This document shows positions 39,069-49,632 of a stretch of 53,114 bases of DNA, one piece after another (position 1 is the first letter of the stretch; the number at the start of each line of letters is the position of its first letter). This DNA is from Gemmatimonadaceae bacterium. GTDB lineage: Bacteria; Gemmatimonadota; Gemmatimonadetes; Gemmatimonadales; Gemmatimonadaceae. The translations under genes and the position numbers were made by a program. The DNA lies in contig JBGAJQ010000035.1 in the NCBI GenBank assembly GCA_044224875.1, forward strand, positions 1 through 53,114, in the 5' to 3' direction. The notes under the pieces were generated by a model. It was not told the DNA's origin. It worked only from the letters and a program-made list of their open reading frames with translations, and made no database searches.

Positions 39069-41614
39069 CGGCGCCCCTGATCGAGGGGAAAGGGCTGGGG
39101 ATGCGTTTCCCCGGCGTGCAGGCGCTGGCGGACGTGTCCTTTGATGTGCGACCGGGTGAGGTCCATGCGCTCCTCGGAGAGAATGGGGCTGGGAAGTCCA
39201 CCCTGGTGCGCATCCTGTCGGGAGAGCAGAGGCCCACGGCAGGTGTGGTGGTCGTCGACGGCGTGGCGCGCGACTACGCCTCGCCGCGTGACGCACTAGC
39301 CGACGGCATTGCCGTGATCCCACAGGAGTTGCAGCTCGTCAGCTCCCTGACGGTCGCCGAGAATATTGGGTTGGGTCACGAATCCGTGAGCCGAGCCCGG
39401 TTCGTGGATCGCGCGGTGCAGCGGCGCCAAGCCACTGAGGCGCTGGAGGAACTTGGCGCGGGGGATATCCCGCCAGACGCGACCATCGAATCGCTGGGAG
39501 CCGGCGAACGTCAGCTGGTCGCCATCGCCCGCGCCCTCGGCCTCCGGGCACGGTGCCTGTTCATGGACGAACCCACCGCCTCGTTAGGATCGGCCGACGC
39601 CGAACGCCTGGCGTCGATCGTCAAACGGCTGGCTGAGCGCGGCACCGGGATCGTGTACATCACGCACAAGTTGGACGAGGTGCGGCGTCTGGCCCATCGG
39701 ATCACCGTGTTGCGCGACGGCGCATGGGTGACCACGCGTCCCGCCGAAGGCGTCACGGAGGACGAGATGGTGCGGCTGATGGTCGGCCGAACCATCGCAC
39801 CGGCGACCTTGGCGCCCATCGCCGCGGACGCGCCCGAGGTGCTACGGGTGGAGTCACTCGCGCTGGCTGACGATACGCGACCCGATGGCTATCGCTTGCG
39901 CGACATCTCGTTCTCGGTGCGACGCGGGGAAATCGTCGGGCTGGCCGGCCTGATCGGTGCGGGTCGCTCGGAAACGTTGTTGGCCATTGCTGGCGCGGTC
40001 GAACGCGGCGTGAGCGGCCGGATACGACTGGACGGCCAGCCGTATCAACCGATTTCTCCAGCAGAGGCGCGCGCGGCTGGCCTCGTGATGCTGCCGGAAG
40101 AGCGGAAGATGCAAGGGATACTCCCGAAGCACTCCGTGCGCGCCAACGTGTCGATCTCGTCGTTGCCGCAGGTCTCGAAGGCAGGGTTCATCGATCGGGC
40201 CCGTGAGCGCGACGCCGTAGCGGGCTTCACGCGCGCGACCGGGGTGCGAGCGGCGTCGGACGCGGTGGCGATCGAGACGTTGAGCGGTGGAAATCAGCAG
40301 AAGGCACTCTTGGCGCGCGCCATGTTCGCATCGCCCAAGGTGTTGCTGCTGGACGAGCCAACGCGCGGGATCGACCTTGCGGCCAAGGCAGAACTGTATG
40401 GCGAACTTCGGCGACTGGCACAGAGCGGATACGGCATCGTGATGGCCTCCTCGGAGCTGTCGGAAGTGCTGACCCAGTGCCATCGCATCCTGGTCTTTCG
40501 TAATGGGCGTATCACGGCGCGCATGGACCGCGACGAGGCGACCGAGGAAAGCGTGCTTGCGGCGGCAGCGAGTGGATCGCATGCAGGCTCACCAGAGCGA
40601 TCGCCCGAGGAGAGGTCACCAGCGGGCGGGGCGGGTAGTGGTGGGCCTAGCGGACCTTCCTGGCGTGAACGGTTGCGGCGGTCCTCGCACCTTCTCGGGC
40701 TGGCGGCCGTGTTGCTGCTGGCGATTGTCACGTCTCCGGTGCGTGGCGGGAGACCGGTGTTCCTGGACCTGGGCAACCTCAGCGACATCCTGCGACAGGT
40801 GGCCGAGAAGGGGATACTGGCGGTGGGCATGACCGCGGTGGTCATTGCCGGTGGGATTGACCTGTCGGTTGGATCGATGCTGGCGTTAGGGGCTACCCTC
40901 TCCGCATACCTGCTCATGCAGACAGGAGCCGCGCTCGGCACGACCGCACTGGTCGTGCTCCTGGTGGGTGCCCTGTGGGGCCTGCTCAATGGCACCGTGA
41001 TCGCGCGGTGGAAGCTCCCCGCGTTCATTGCCACGCTCGCCACCATGAGTGCAGCACGCGGCGTGGCGCGCTATGTGAGTGGTGGCACCGCGATTCCACT
41101 CGGCTTCGGCGGGGGCGGCGCGCCTGAAAGCGTCCATTGGTTGGCGGCTCCCGTGCTCCCCAACGTGCCGATGCCCGCGGTGATCTTCCTACTGACCGTG
41201 CTGGCGGCGCATGTTCTCCTCACGCGGACGCGCGGTGGCCGATATCTGTATGCGATTGGCGACAACGAGTCTGCGGCGCGACTCGCCGGCGTTCGTGTCG
41301 CCTGGCACACCACGGCCGTGTATGTATTGTGCGGAACTCTGGCCGCGCTGGCCGGGCTGATACATTGCGCACAGCTGGAGCAGGGCAACCCGAATGACGG
41401 GGTGGCGTACGAGCTGGATGCCATCGCCGCCGTGGTGATTGGCGGGACACCGTTGCGCGGCGGTGTCGGCAGCGTCGCAGGGACGCTCGTTGGCATCTTG
41501 ATCATTGGGATCATCAACAACAGCATGGGGCTCAACAACGTCGATGCGAATCTTCAGCTCATTCTCAAGGGCATCATCATTCTCGGTGCGGTCTGGCTCC
41601 AGCGCCGGCGCTGA
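39065..41614 (+). CDS. Fused CUT2 sugar ABC ATP-binding protein (two ABC domains) and permease
   Basis: [30 protein letters not shown]; Gly/Ser/Pro linker; permease [35 protein letters not shown]. Confidence 0.92.
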   Translation: MTAPLIEGKGLGMRFPGVQALADVSFDVRPGEVHALLGENGAGKSTLVRILSGEQRPTAGVVVVDGVARDYASPRDALADGIAVIPQELQLVSSLTVAENIGLGHESVSRARFVDRAVQRRQATEALEELGAGDIPPDATIESLGAGERQLVAIARALGLRARCLFMDEPTASLGSADAERLASIVKRLAERGTGIVYITHKLDEVRRLAHRITVLRDGAWVTTRPAEGVTEDEMVRLMVGRTIAPATLAPIAADAPEVLRVESLALADDTRPDGYRLRDISFSVRRGEIVGLAGLIGAGRSETLLAIAGAVERGVSGRIRLDGQPYQPISPAEARAAGLVMLPEERKMQGILPKHSVRANVSISSLPQVSKAGFIDRARERDAVAGFTRATGVRAASDAVAIETLSGGNQQKALLARAMFASPKVLLLDEPTRGIDLAAKAELYGELRRLAQSGYGIVMASSELSEVLTQCHRILVFRNGRITARMDRDEATEESVLAAAASGSHAGSPERSPEERSPAGGAGSGGPSGPSWRERLRRSSHLLGLAAVLLLAIVTSPVRGGRPVFLDLGNLSDILRQVAEKGILAVGMTAVVIAGGIDLSVGSMLALGATLSAYLLMQTGAALGTTALVVLLVGALWGLLNGTVIARWKLPAFIATLATMSAARGVARYVSGGTAIPLGFGGGGAPESVHWLAAPVLPNVPMPAVIFLLTVLAAHVLLTRTRGGRYLYAIGDNESAARLAGVRVAWHTTAVYVLCGTLAALAGLIHCAQLEQGNPNDGVAYELDAIAAVVIGGTPLRGGVGSVAGTLVGILIIGIINNSMGLNNVDANLQLILKGIIILGAVWLQRRR

Positions 41615-42530
41615 GCGCGCTCGTCAGCTCCGATCGTGGGCCCGGCGTGCCGCGCACCTCGTTCTGATGGCGGCGGTCGTTTCCTGTGGACGACAGCAGA
41701 AGGGCAAGTTCCTCATTGGCTTCTCACAGGCGAACCTGGGTGAGCCGTGGCGGGTGGCCATGAACGCCGAGGTGGAGAAGCGAGCGAAAGACTACCCGGA
41801 CCTCGAGTTTGTGTATGCCGATGCCCAGCAGGACAACGCCAAGCAAGTGGCGGACGTGGAGAACTTCCTCCGCCAGAAGATCGACCTGCTGATCATATCG
41901 CCTAACGAGGCGAAACCGCTGACCCCCGTGGTCCGGCGCGCCTTCGAGTCCAAGATCCCCGTCATCGTGCTCGATCGCGAGATCGAGGGCGACACCTACA
42001 CGACGTTCATCGGGGCCAATAACCGCGAAATCGGCAAGGCGGCCGGCGAGTTTGCCGGCAAGCTGCTGGGCGGGAAGGGCGACGTGATCGAGATCAAGGG
42101 ATTGCCCGGGTCGACTCCCGCGCGCGATCGGAGCGACGGGTTCCGTGAGGCGATCGCTGCCTTTCCCGGGATCAAGATCATTCACGATCCGGTGGCCAAT
42201 TGGCTCCGCGAGGAAGCGATGAGCCAGATGGAAGCCGCGCTCTCGGCGCACCCGCACATCGACCTGGTCTATGCCCATAACGACCCGATGGCGGTAGGGG
42301 CGTACCTTGCCGCCAAGGCCAAGGGACGCGACGCCGAGATGAAGTTCATCGGCATCGACGGACTCCCCGGCCTGGACGGCGGCGAGCAAGCGGTGAAGGA
42401 TGGGAAGCTCGCGGCGACCTTCGTCTATCCGACGGGTGGGACCGAGGCGGTGGACATGGCTGCAAAGATTCTCAAGGGCGAAACGGTCCCGCATCGGGTC
42501 ACCCTTCCCACGCGCACGATCACCAAGTAG
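41586..42530 (+). CDS. Sugar ABC substrate-binding lipoprotein (RbsB/PBP1 fold)
   Basis: VVSC lipobox, IGFSQ..WR, IPVIVLDR, YAHND, IGIDG. GTG 41586 inferred, ATG 41667 alternative. Confidence 0.9.
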   Translation: MRSGSSAGAERARQLRSWARRAAHLVLMAAVVSCGRQQKGKFLIGFSQANLGEPWRVAMNAEVEKRAKDYPDLEFVYADAQQDNAKQVADVENFLRQKIDLLIISPNEAKPLTPVVRRAFESKIPVIVLDREIEGDTYTTFIGANNREIGKAAGEFAGKLLGGKGDVIEIKGLPGSTPARDRSDGFREAIAAFPGIKIIHDPVANWLREEAMSQMEAALSAHPHIDLVYAHNDPMAVGAYLAAKAKGRDAEMKFIGIDGLPGLDGGEQAVKDGKLAATFVYPTGGTEAVDMAAKILKGETVPHRVTLPTRTITK

Positions 42531-42531
42531 T

Positions 42532-42574
42532 CAAAACGAAAAACGAGGGAGCGTCCGTAAGACGCTCCCTCGTT
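42532..42574 (-). terminator. Intrinsic terminator between convergent genes, probably bidirectional
   Basis: AACGAGGGAGCGTC-cgtaa-GACGCTCCCTCGTT, 14-bp stem; A-runs on the + strand 5' side give a U-tract on the - strand. Confidence 0.85.
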
Positions 42575-42593
42575 AGGTTGTGCTCGGGTGAGA

Positions 42594-43226
42594 TCAGGCG
42601 CCCGCGGTGATGGAAGCGCGAATGACCGGGCGGAACAACAGGCCGAACCGCTGGATCGACTTACCCACGATAACGAAGGACTCGTCGAGGCTGAAGTCGA
42701 TCAAGAGCGTGCTGGCGTTACCCTCAGTGACCTCGATCGGCTTCGTCAGTTTCACCTTTATGCCGGATCGGGCGGCACTGGGGAAATAGACCGCGGGCAG
42801 GCTGGTCCGAGTGAGGACGATGCCATTCTTCAGCGTGATAGAAGACTTTGACGGATCGATGACCAACCGCAGGGTGCGATAGGTGCCGACCGGCAAGGCC
42901 TTCTGTCCAATATCGCTCACCTTGCCGCCTCGCAATGCGACGAGGTCGATCGAGCGATTGGGTTCGGCCAGCGTTACCCAGTCCGAAGAGTCCTTGGCCG
43001 CGTCGCCAAGGTGCTTCTCGCACTCCGCAGAGTCCGCATCCGCCAGGCGAGCATCGATCCGAACCACAAAGATGTCGACACTCTTGACGGAATCGAACGG
43101 GAACGGTGCGTCCGTCAGTTGAATGCTGACCAAGCCCTGGCCAGCCGGGATACGCGTTGGTGAGTCACTGGCGCATGCCGCGGCCATAACCAACGCCGCG
43201 CACGCCGCCCATCGGGTGTATTGCAT
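42594..43226 (-). CDS. DUF4382 family lipoprotein
   Basis: GGAGGT SD, AAAC lipobox, IQLTDAP, IDLVAL, PSAARSGIK, LIDFSLDESF, FRPVIR. Confidence 0.85.
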   Translation of the reverse strand: MQYTRWAACAALVMAAACASDSPTRIPAGQGLVSIQLTDAPFPFDSVKSVDIFVVRIDARLADADSAECEKHLGDAAKDSSDWVTLAEPNRSIDLVALRGGKVSDIGQKALPVGTYRTLRLVIDPSKSSITLKNGIVLTRTSLPAVYFPSAARSGIKVKLTKPIEVTEGNASTLLIDFSLDESFVIVGKSIQRFGLLFRPVIRASITAGA

Positions 43227-43499
43227 CCAGTACCTCCGGAAATCCACTCGTGAATGAGCGCAAATATTGCCGTGGAAGTCGAGGTGAGCCGTGCGCGGCA
43301 TCACGCCTTTTGCGGTCCTGCTGGGTGTGAGGCCGGGACGCGGTTCCTCGACTCGCCAGCGACACCGTGGCCATGCGGCGTACCTGACACGGCGGGCATA
43401 AGTTCTCACCGGCGCGGGATACGAGCCTGCCTGTCGTTAGGTTTGCGTGACGCAGCCCACATCTCTTGGCAATTGCGAGCTGAAGCGCTAGGATGACGC

Positions 43500-43973
43500 A
43501 TGCGCGAAATTGCCCCCGCCCAGGAATACGATGTCTCCGCGCTGGCCGAGCTGAACAACCAGTTCGCGCCGCAGGGACTCACGCTGCCTCGCTCGGAAGC
43601 CTTCGTCGAAGCGCATCTCGACGACTACCGGGTGATCCGCGACGACGACGGCCGCATCGTTGGTTGTGTCTGCCTTGACGAGTATTCCCCGTCGCTGGTG
43701 GAGCTGGTCTCGCTTGCAGTTTCCCCGTCACAACAGGGCAAGGGGGTTGGCCGGAAGCTCATCGCCAGTGCCGTGGAGCTGGCGGCGAAACGTGGCTACC
43801 CGGAGATCTTCGCGGTCTCATTCTCCGACGCCCTGTTCGAGCGATGCGGGTTCCAGTTCGTTGATATTGCGCGATACCCGGAAAAGAAGCGTCGCTACGA
43901 TCGCGTATCGGCGGACGAATGGACGGTTGGCCAAAAGCACTGTTTTGCGAAGCCCCTGGGCGGAACGGCATGA
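43500..43973 (+). CDS. GNAT acetyltransferase (short ArgA-like)
   Basis: LTLPRS, ELVSLAV, acetyl-CoA motif QGKGVG, FERCGF. Confidence 0.85.
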   Translation: MREIAPAQEYDVSALAELNNQFAPQGLTLPRSEAFVEAHLDDYRVIRDDDGRIVGCVCLDEYSPSLVELVSLAVSPSQQGKGVGRKLIASAVELAAKRGYPEIFAVSFSDALFERCGFQFVDIARYPEKKRRYDRVSADEWTVGQKHCFAKPLGGTA

Positions 43974-45154
43974 AAGCGTGGCACACGCTCCGCCGGGTGA
44001 TTCTCGTAGTCGGCGGCCTGGTTGGCTATGCAGCAGCTGCGACGGCGCAAACGGTGACGCCGATCAGCGGGGCCTTCCTCCTTCGCCTGGGCCGGGACAC
44101 TGTGGCCGTGGAGCGGTACGATCGACGTGACGACCGGTTGGAAGGTGACTTGGTCATGCGGGTACCGACTACGGTGCGGGTGCGCTACACCACGGAGTTC
44201 GACGCCAGCGGACGCGTCACGCGCAGCAGCGCAAGGATTGAGTCGTTAGGTCGTGCGAACGCCGGCGAAGCACGCAAGGTCACCATGGAGTTCATTGGAG
44301 ACTCCATCCGGATGACGGTCGATTCCGGCGCCCTCCATCGGGTGGAGATGAGGAAGGGGGCCGCTGGAATGGTGCCGCTCATCGCCGGCCCGTACGCGAC
44401 CTCATTCGCCACCTACGAGTGGCTAATCGGGCGTGCCCACGACGGCGACACGGTTCGGCTACCAGTGATTTCTCCCGTGACGGCGCGGCCTGGTACGGCC
44501 CTGTTCGTCAGGCACAACAAGCAGCGCGCCGAGGTCGACTTCTTTGGTGAAGCCTTCATGCCGGTCGCACTGGACGACGGCGGACGACTGATGACCGTGG
44601 ACGCGAACGCACTCACGGTGCGGTCGAACGCCGAGCGTATCCAGGGAGTAGATGTGGGCCGCTTGGCCGCGCGATTCGCGGCGCTCGACCGCGCGAACGC
44701 TGGATTGGGCGTTGTGTCGCCACCCGATTCCGTACGAGGGAGTGTGTCCGGCGTGCGCCTTTCGATCGACTACAGCAGTCCACGCATGCGCGGTCGGCAG
44801 GTCCTTGCTGGCTTGCTGCCGTACGGGCTGGTCTGGCGGACGGGCGCCAATACCTCCACCACGCTGCGCACGGATGGCGACTTGTTGATCGGCGGCCAAC
44901 GACTCCCCGCCGGCACCTATTCCCTGTGGAGCATTCCATACGCCGACCACGCCGAGCTGATCGTCAACACGCAGCATGGCCAGTGGGGGACGGAATACGA
45001 CGACACGAAGGACAAACTGCACGTGGCGATGCAGGCGTCGGCGGTGAGCGATCCACAAGAGCACTTCACCATTCGGCTGACGCCGTCGAACGACCTGGAG
45101 TTTCGCTGGTCGACCTTCCGGTGGACGGTGCCGGTCGCTCGGCCTAACGAGTAA
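43970..45154 (+). CDS. Exported DUF2911 domain protein
   Basis: ATGA overlap, signal peptide, C-terminal SPPD..IDYSSPRMRGR..PYGLVWRTGAN..AGTYSLW..QWGT. Confidence 0.87.
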   Translation: MKAWHTLRRVILVVGGLVGYAAAATAQTVTPISGAFLLRLGRDTVAVERYDRRDDRLEGDLVMRVPTTVRVRYTTEFDASGRVTRSSARIESLGRANAGEARKVTMEFIGDSIRMTVDSGALHRVEMRKGAAGMVPLIAGPYATSFATYEWLIGRAHDGDTVRLPVISPVTARPGTALFVRHNKQRAEVDFFGEAFMPVALDDGGRLMTVDANALTVRSNAERIQGVDVGRLAARFAALDRANAGLGVVSPPDSVRGSVSGVRLSIDYSSPRMRGRQVLAGLLPYGLVWRTGANTSTTLRTDGDLLIGGQRLPAGTYSLWSIPYADHAELIVNTQHGQWGTEYDDTKDKLHVAMQASAVSDPQEHFTIRLTPSNDLEFRWSTFRWTVPVARPNE

Positions 45155-45176
45155 GTGGGTATGTGGTGGGCGACTC

Positions 45177-46328
45177 ATGCACGCGCCTGACGCGACGGAT
45201 GACATCAACCGGCGGTCCTTCCTGCGGTCGCTCGCCGCTGGCGCCGTCGCCTCGGCCTCCGTTGCCGCCTGTAGCCCCGGCGTCGCCACGGTGATTGCGA
45301 CGCGCCCTGCCGGTGCGCCCACTCCAGAGAGTGGCGATGGCTTGGTGGTATCGGCTCGTGCGCGTGGGGTGCTGTTTGGTTGTGGCGTCAACGCAGAGAC
45401 GTTACGTCAAACCGACCTGCTGGCCGCGCACGCGCGCGAGTCTGGGCTGGTCGTGCCGATGGGGCTGGGGCCGTGGCGCGCAACGCGCCCGCGGCCGGAC
45501 GCGTGGGACTTCCGTGTGCTCGACGCGATGTGGACGTGGGCGCAGTCGGTCGCGCTCCCCATGAGAGGGGTGCACCTGCTGTGGCACCAGAACCTGCCGT
45601 ACTGGTTTGCCAACACGGTGACGAAGACGAACGCCGAGCAGTACATGCGCGAGCACATCACCGCCTTCATGTCGCGTTATCGGGGGAGCCTCCACTCCTG
45701 GAATCCGGTGAACGAAGCCGTGTTTCCCGCCGACGGTCGCGCCGACGGGCTCCGGAATTCCGAATGGTTGCAGCTGCTGGGTCCGGAGTACATCCACATG
45801 GCATTCGCCATGGCGGCCGAAGCCGATCCGTCCGCGACGCTGGTATACAATGAATTCGGCATCGAGGACGACACCGGTGCCGCCGACACCAAACGTCGGC
45901 ACACGCTCGAGCTACTCACCGGGTTGCGCAGTCAGGGAATACCCATCCACGCACTCGGCATGCAGGCGCATGTGGGCGTCTCATACACGTTCAACGCCGA
46001 CGTGCTACGGTCCTTCATGGATGCCGTGGCGGCGCTCGGGCTCCAGATTTACATCACGGAGCTGGACGTGAAGGACCAACTGGCCCCGGCCAGCATCGAG
46101 GCGCGTGACGCCGCGGTCGCGGCCAAATATCGGGAGTTCCTCGACCTCGTGCTCGCCCACCCGGCCGTGACGGCCGTGATGACGTGGGGCCTGAGCGATC
46201 GAATCACCTGGTTGTCGAGACAGGCACCGCGAGCGGATGGGCTGGCGGTGCGCCCCCTGCCGCTGGATGATCAGCTGCAACGAAAGCCCGCCTGGTCGGC
46301 GATTCGGGACAGTCTCGCAGGTCGTTAG
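45177..46328 (+). CDS. GH10 endo-1,4-beta-xylanase-like hydrolase, Tat-exported
   Basis: NRRSFL Tat motif, RG.HLLWH, VNEA acid/base, YNEF, MQAH, ITELDV nucleophile, WGLSD. Confidence 0.88.
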   Translation: MHAPDATDDINRRSFLRSLAAGAVASASVAACSPGVATVIATRPAGAPTPESGDGLVVSARARGVLFGCGVNAETLRQTDLLAAHARESGLVVPMGLGPWRATRPRPDAWDFRVLDAMWTWAQSVALPMRGVHLLWHQNLPYWFANTVTKTNAEQYMREHITAFMSRYRGSLHSWNPVNEAVFPADGRADGLRNSEWLQLLGPEYIHMAFAMAAEADPSATLVYNEFGIEDDTGAADTKRRHTLELLTGLRSQGIPIHALGMQAHVGVSYTFNADVLRSFMDAVAALGLQIYITELDVKDQLAPASIEARDAAVAAKYREFLDLVLAHPAVTAVMTWGLSDRITWLSRQAPRADGLAVRPLPLDDQLQRKPAWSAIRDSLAGR

Positions 46329-46509
46329 GTCGCCAGCAGCGCCGGCCACTCACTCGTCGGGCGCATGCCGCAGCGAGCTGGCGGCGCCCGTCGAGGCGAT
46401 GCCGTCGGAGGCAATGGATCGCCTGCTCCTTACGAGTGTCGCTGGTTGGCGTCTTGACGCCCCGTGAACGGTCGGCAATTTCGGCCAACCCATCGGAGCC
46501 CATCCCACC

Positions 46510-48111
46510 ATGCACTGGTCCCAGGAATACGATCCGCTCGACAGCGTGGTGCTCTCCACGAGCGCCGCGGCGCTTCCCCTGGTGATCCTGCTCGGATTGC
46601 TGGCGTGGCACCGGGTGCGGGCGCACTATGCGGCATTGCTCGGCATGGCGGCGGCGATGGTCGTGGCCGTGGCGGTCGTCGGGATGCCCGCCGGCATGGC
46701 GGTGCATGCGGCACTGTTCGGCGCCGCCTACGGGTTGTTCCCGATCGGGTGGATCGTGCTCAATGTCATCTTCCTGTACCGGCTGACGCACGAGAAGGGT
46801 GCCTTCGATCGGCTGCAAGGTAGCATTGCCCGGGTCACCAGCGACCGTCGGCTGCAACTCCTGCTGATTGCCTTTGCCTTCGGGGCGTTTTTTGAAGGGG
46901 CCGCGGGTTTCGGGACGCCCGTGGCGGTCACCGGGGCCATGCTGATTGGGCTGGGATTTCCCCCCCTCGAGGCCAGCGGGTTGTCCCTGATCGCCAACAC
47001 GGCGCCAGTCGCCTTTGGTGCGTTAGGCACGCCAATCATCGCCCTCCAGGGTGTGACGGGCTTGGACCTGCATGACCTGAGCGCGATGGTTGGACGCCAG
47101 CTCCCGATCTTCTCGGTGATTGTCCCGTTCTGGCTGATTGCGGCGTACGATGGCTGGCGCGGCGTTCGTGAAACCTGGCTGGCGTTGCTCATCACCGGTG
47201 TCGCCTTCGCCGTCCCCCAGTATCTCGTGTCGAACTTCCACGGTCCGTGGCTCGTCGACGTCACGGCGGCGATTGTCTCCATGGGCATACTGGTCCTGTA
47301 TGTCCGAGCGCGCGGCGGGGCGCGACCCGCGCCGGCGGTTGGCGACACGCGCATCGGGTTGGAGCCGTGGATCCCGTGGATCATCCTCAGTGTGCTGGTC
47401 TTCGCCTGGGGGACGCCACAGGTGAAGGGGTGGCTCAATGGCCTGTTTGCGCCAAAGCTTCCGATTCCGGGGCTCGACCAGCAGGTCATGCGCGTTGCAC
47501 CCGTAGTGGCGGCGCCAGCGCCAGAGGCAGCCGTGTTCAACCTGAACCTGCTGTCAGCGACGGGGACGGCGATCCTCCTTGCGGCCGTCATCAGTGGGCG
47601 CTGGCTCGGGTATTCCGCGCGGGAGTTGCTTCGGCAGTACCGTCTCACCCTCGGGGTCGTGCGCCACTCCCTCGTGACCATCGCGGCCATGCTCGCGCTC
47701 GGTTACGTCAGCCGATACTCCGGACTCGACGCGATACTCGGCCTCGCCTTCGCCCGCACGGGCGTGTGGTATCCCTTCTTCGGCGCCATGCTCGGATGGC
47801 TTGGCGTGGCACTAACGGGGTCTGACACCTCGTCGAACGTGCTCTTTGGGAGTCTGCAAACGATTACCGCCCAGCAGGTGGGCGTCAGCCCCACACTCAT
47901 GGCCGCCGCCAACAGCTCGGGCGGCGTGATGGGGAAGATGATCGATGCCCAGAGCATTGTCGTAGCGAGTACCGCCACGCGCTGGTACGGGCAGGAAAGT
48001 CGCATCCTCCGATTTGTGTTCTTCCATTCGCTCGCACTCGCTACACTGGTGGGCGCGCTGGTGTTGTTGCAGGCGTACGTGCCACCATTCACAAGGATGG
48101 TGCTCCGCTAG
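46510..48111 (+). CDS. lldP: L-lactate permease
   Basis: [51 protein letters not shown]. Confidence 0.93.
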   Translation: MHWSQEYDPLDSVVLSTSAAALPLVILLGLLAWHRVRAHYAALLGMAAAMVVAVAVVGMPAGMAVHAALFGAAYGLFPIGWIVLNVIFLYRLTHEKGAFDRLQGSIARVTSDRRLQLLLIAFAFGAFFEGAAGFGTPVAVTGAMLIGLGFPPLEASGLSLIANTAPVAFGALGTPIIALQGVTGLDLHDLSAMVGRQLPIFSVIVPFWLIAAYDGWRGVRETWLALLITGVAFAVPQYLVSNFHGPWLVDVTAAIVSMGILVLYVRARGGARPAPAVGDTRIGLEPWIPWIILSVLVFAWGTPQVKGWLNGLFAPKLPIPGLDQQVMRVAPVVAAPAPEAAVFNLNLLSATGTAILLAAVISGRWLGYSARELLRQYRLTLGVVRHSLVTIAAMLALGYVSRYSGLDAILGLAFARTGVWYPFFGAMLGWLGVALTGSDTSSNVLFGSLQTITAQQVGVSPTLMAAANSSGGVMGKMIDAQSIVVASTATRWYGQESRILRFVFFHSLALATLVGALVLLQAYVPPFTRMVLR

Positions 48112-48159
48112 CCGGTGGAGTAAGCTTGAACCGCCGCCAACTCTCATCCGAGCCATACC

Positions 48160-49632
48160 ATGCGTCCCGTTGAAACGGCCTTCGTGGCCGTCGTGCTGAT
48201 TTGGTTGATCTACCGCACTCCGGGACCTCGCTCGCGGATCGCGGGCGAGACGTACCTCGGGTTCTTGCTGGTCGGGGCGCTGCTGCACCTGTATTTCGAC
48301 GGTGTGCGGTGGGAGATGATCCCCGCCTACTTGTTAGGCATCTGGGGCGGCGTCATGGCGTGGCGCGACTTTCGTCGAAGCGGTGGGACCGCGGTCGCAC
48401 CGGTGGTGCGCCATCGCGCCATCGTGGGTGCCATCGTGATCGTGGGCGGATTGATCGCCGCCCTTCTTCCCGGATGGCTGCTGCCGCGCGTGACCTTCGC
48501 GCGTCCGTCCGGCTACTACCCGGTCGGGCGCGTGGACGCCTTCTGGGTGGATTCCACACGTGACGAGACGTTTTCGAAGAACCCGGGCGACAAGCGATCG
48601 TTGTTGCTGACGATCTGGTATCCGTCCGATACCGTGTCGCGAGGCACGCTAAGCACCTACCATCCCAATCCGACGATACTGGGGAAGGACGTGTTCGAGG
48701 GGCTACCGGGCTTCCTGATGTCCAGCCTTACCCGGGCCAAGACGCACTCGGTCCAGAACGCGCCATTCAATCGACGCGAGGGACGCTCGCCGGTCTTGCT
48801 GTTTTCGCACGGGTACGGCGGCTCGCGCGTGCAGAACACCTTCGAGTTCGAGGAGCTGGCAAGTTACGGGTACATCATCGTCAGCATCGAGCACTCGTAC
48901 GCAGCTGCCGGCACCGTCTTCCCCGACGGACGTCACATCCCGAATACCACGCAGGACATGATCAAGAGCGACAGCGGCGCGACGCAGTTGCTGGACGTCT
49001 GGGTGAAGGACGCCGAGTTTGTGCTGAATCGCCTGGAAAAGTTGCCCGTACACGATGCCACGGACACCTTGGCCCGCCGGATGCAACTGGACAAGGTCGG
49101 GTACTTCGGTCACTCATTTGGTGGGGCGGCAGCGGCCGAGGCGATGAGTCGCGACCCGCGCATCAAGGCCGGTGTGGACATGGATGGCATGCTGTACGGC
49201 AACTCGTGGAAGAAGGGGATCGACGCGCCCTTCCTGGTGTTCCGCAGCCATCCGCCAGACGTGGCCAAGGTCGCCGACCAGATGAAGGCGTTAGGCATTT
49301 CCGAAGACTCACTGAAACGCATCTACCAGACGTTCGACATGCGCGTCGATTCCCTCCTGCGCTTTGGTGGGACGGAATTGCGCATGGACGGCGTGTACCA
49401 TATGGGCTTTTCCGATGTCGCGCTGTGCTGTCCACCCCTCGCCCAGCGCATGGGCTTCACCTCCACGGACAATCCGGCGAGTGCGCAGGCGGCGATTACG
49501 TCCTACACCCTGGCGTTCTTCAGCAAATGGCTGAAGGAGACCAAGGCCGAGTATCTCTCGGTGGAGATCCCGCCCGGCGTGCAGATCAAGACCGTCACCC
49601 ACAAGCCCACCGGGACCGCGCCGGCTCGTTAG
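48160..49632 (+). CDS. Membrane-anchored PAF-acetylhydrolase-like alpha/beta hydrolase
   Basis: N-terminal TMs, IWYP, FSHGYG, LASYGY, GHSFGG nucleophile, DMDG, HMGFSD. Confidence 0.88.
   Translation: MRPVETAFVAVVLIWLIYRTPGPRSRIAGETYLGFLLVGALLHLYFDGVRWEMIPAYLLGIWGGVMAWRDFRRSGGTAVAPVVRHRAIVGAIVIVGGLIAALLPGWLLPRVTFARPSGYYPVGRVDAFWVDSTRDETFSKNPGDKRSLLLTIWYPSDTVSRGTLSTYHPNPTILGKDVFEGLPGFLMSSLTRAKTHSVQNAPFNRREGRSPVLLFSHGYGGSRVQNTFEFEELASYGYIIVSIEHSYAAAGTVFPDGRHIPNTTQDMIKSDSGATQLLDVWVKDAEFVLNRLEKLPVHDATDTLARRMQLDKVGYFGHSFGGAAAAEAMSRDPRIKAGVDMDGMLYGNSWKKGIDAPFLVFRSHPPDVAKVADQMKALGISEDSLKRIYQTFDMRVDSLLRFGGTELRMDGVYHMGFSDVALCCPPLAQRMGFTSTDNPASAQAAITSYTLAFFSKWLKETKAEYLSVEIPPGVQIKTVTHKPTGTAPAR

Noticed and set aside
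243..42157. GCGATCGC (HIP1) copies
   Set aside because: Only a handful seen; plausible from GC content and Ala-Ile-Ala / Arg-Ser codon usage
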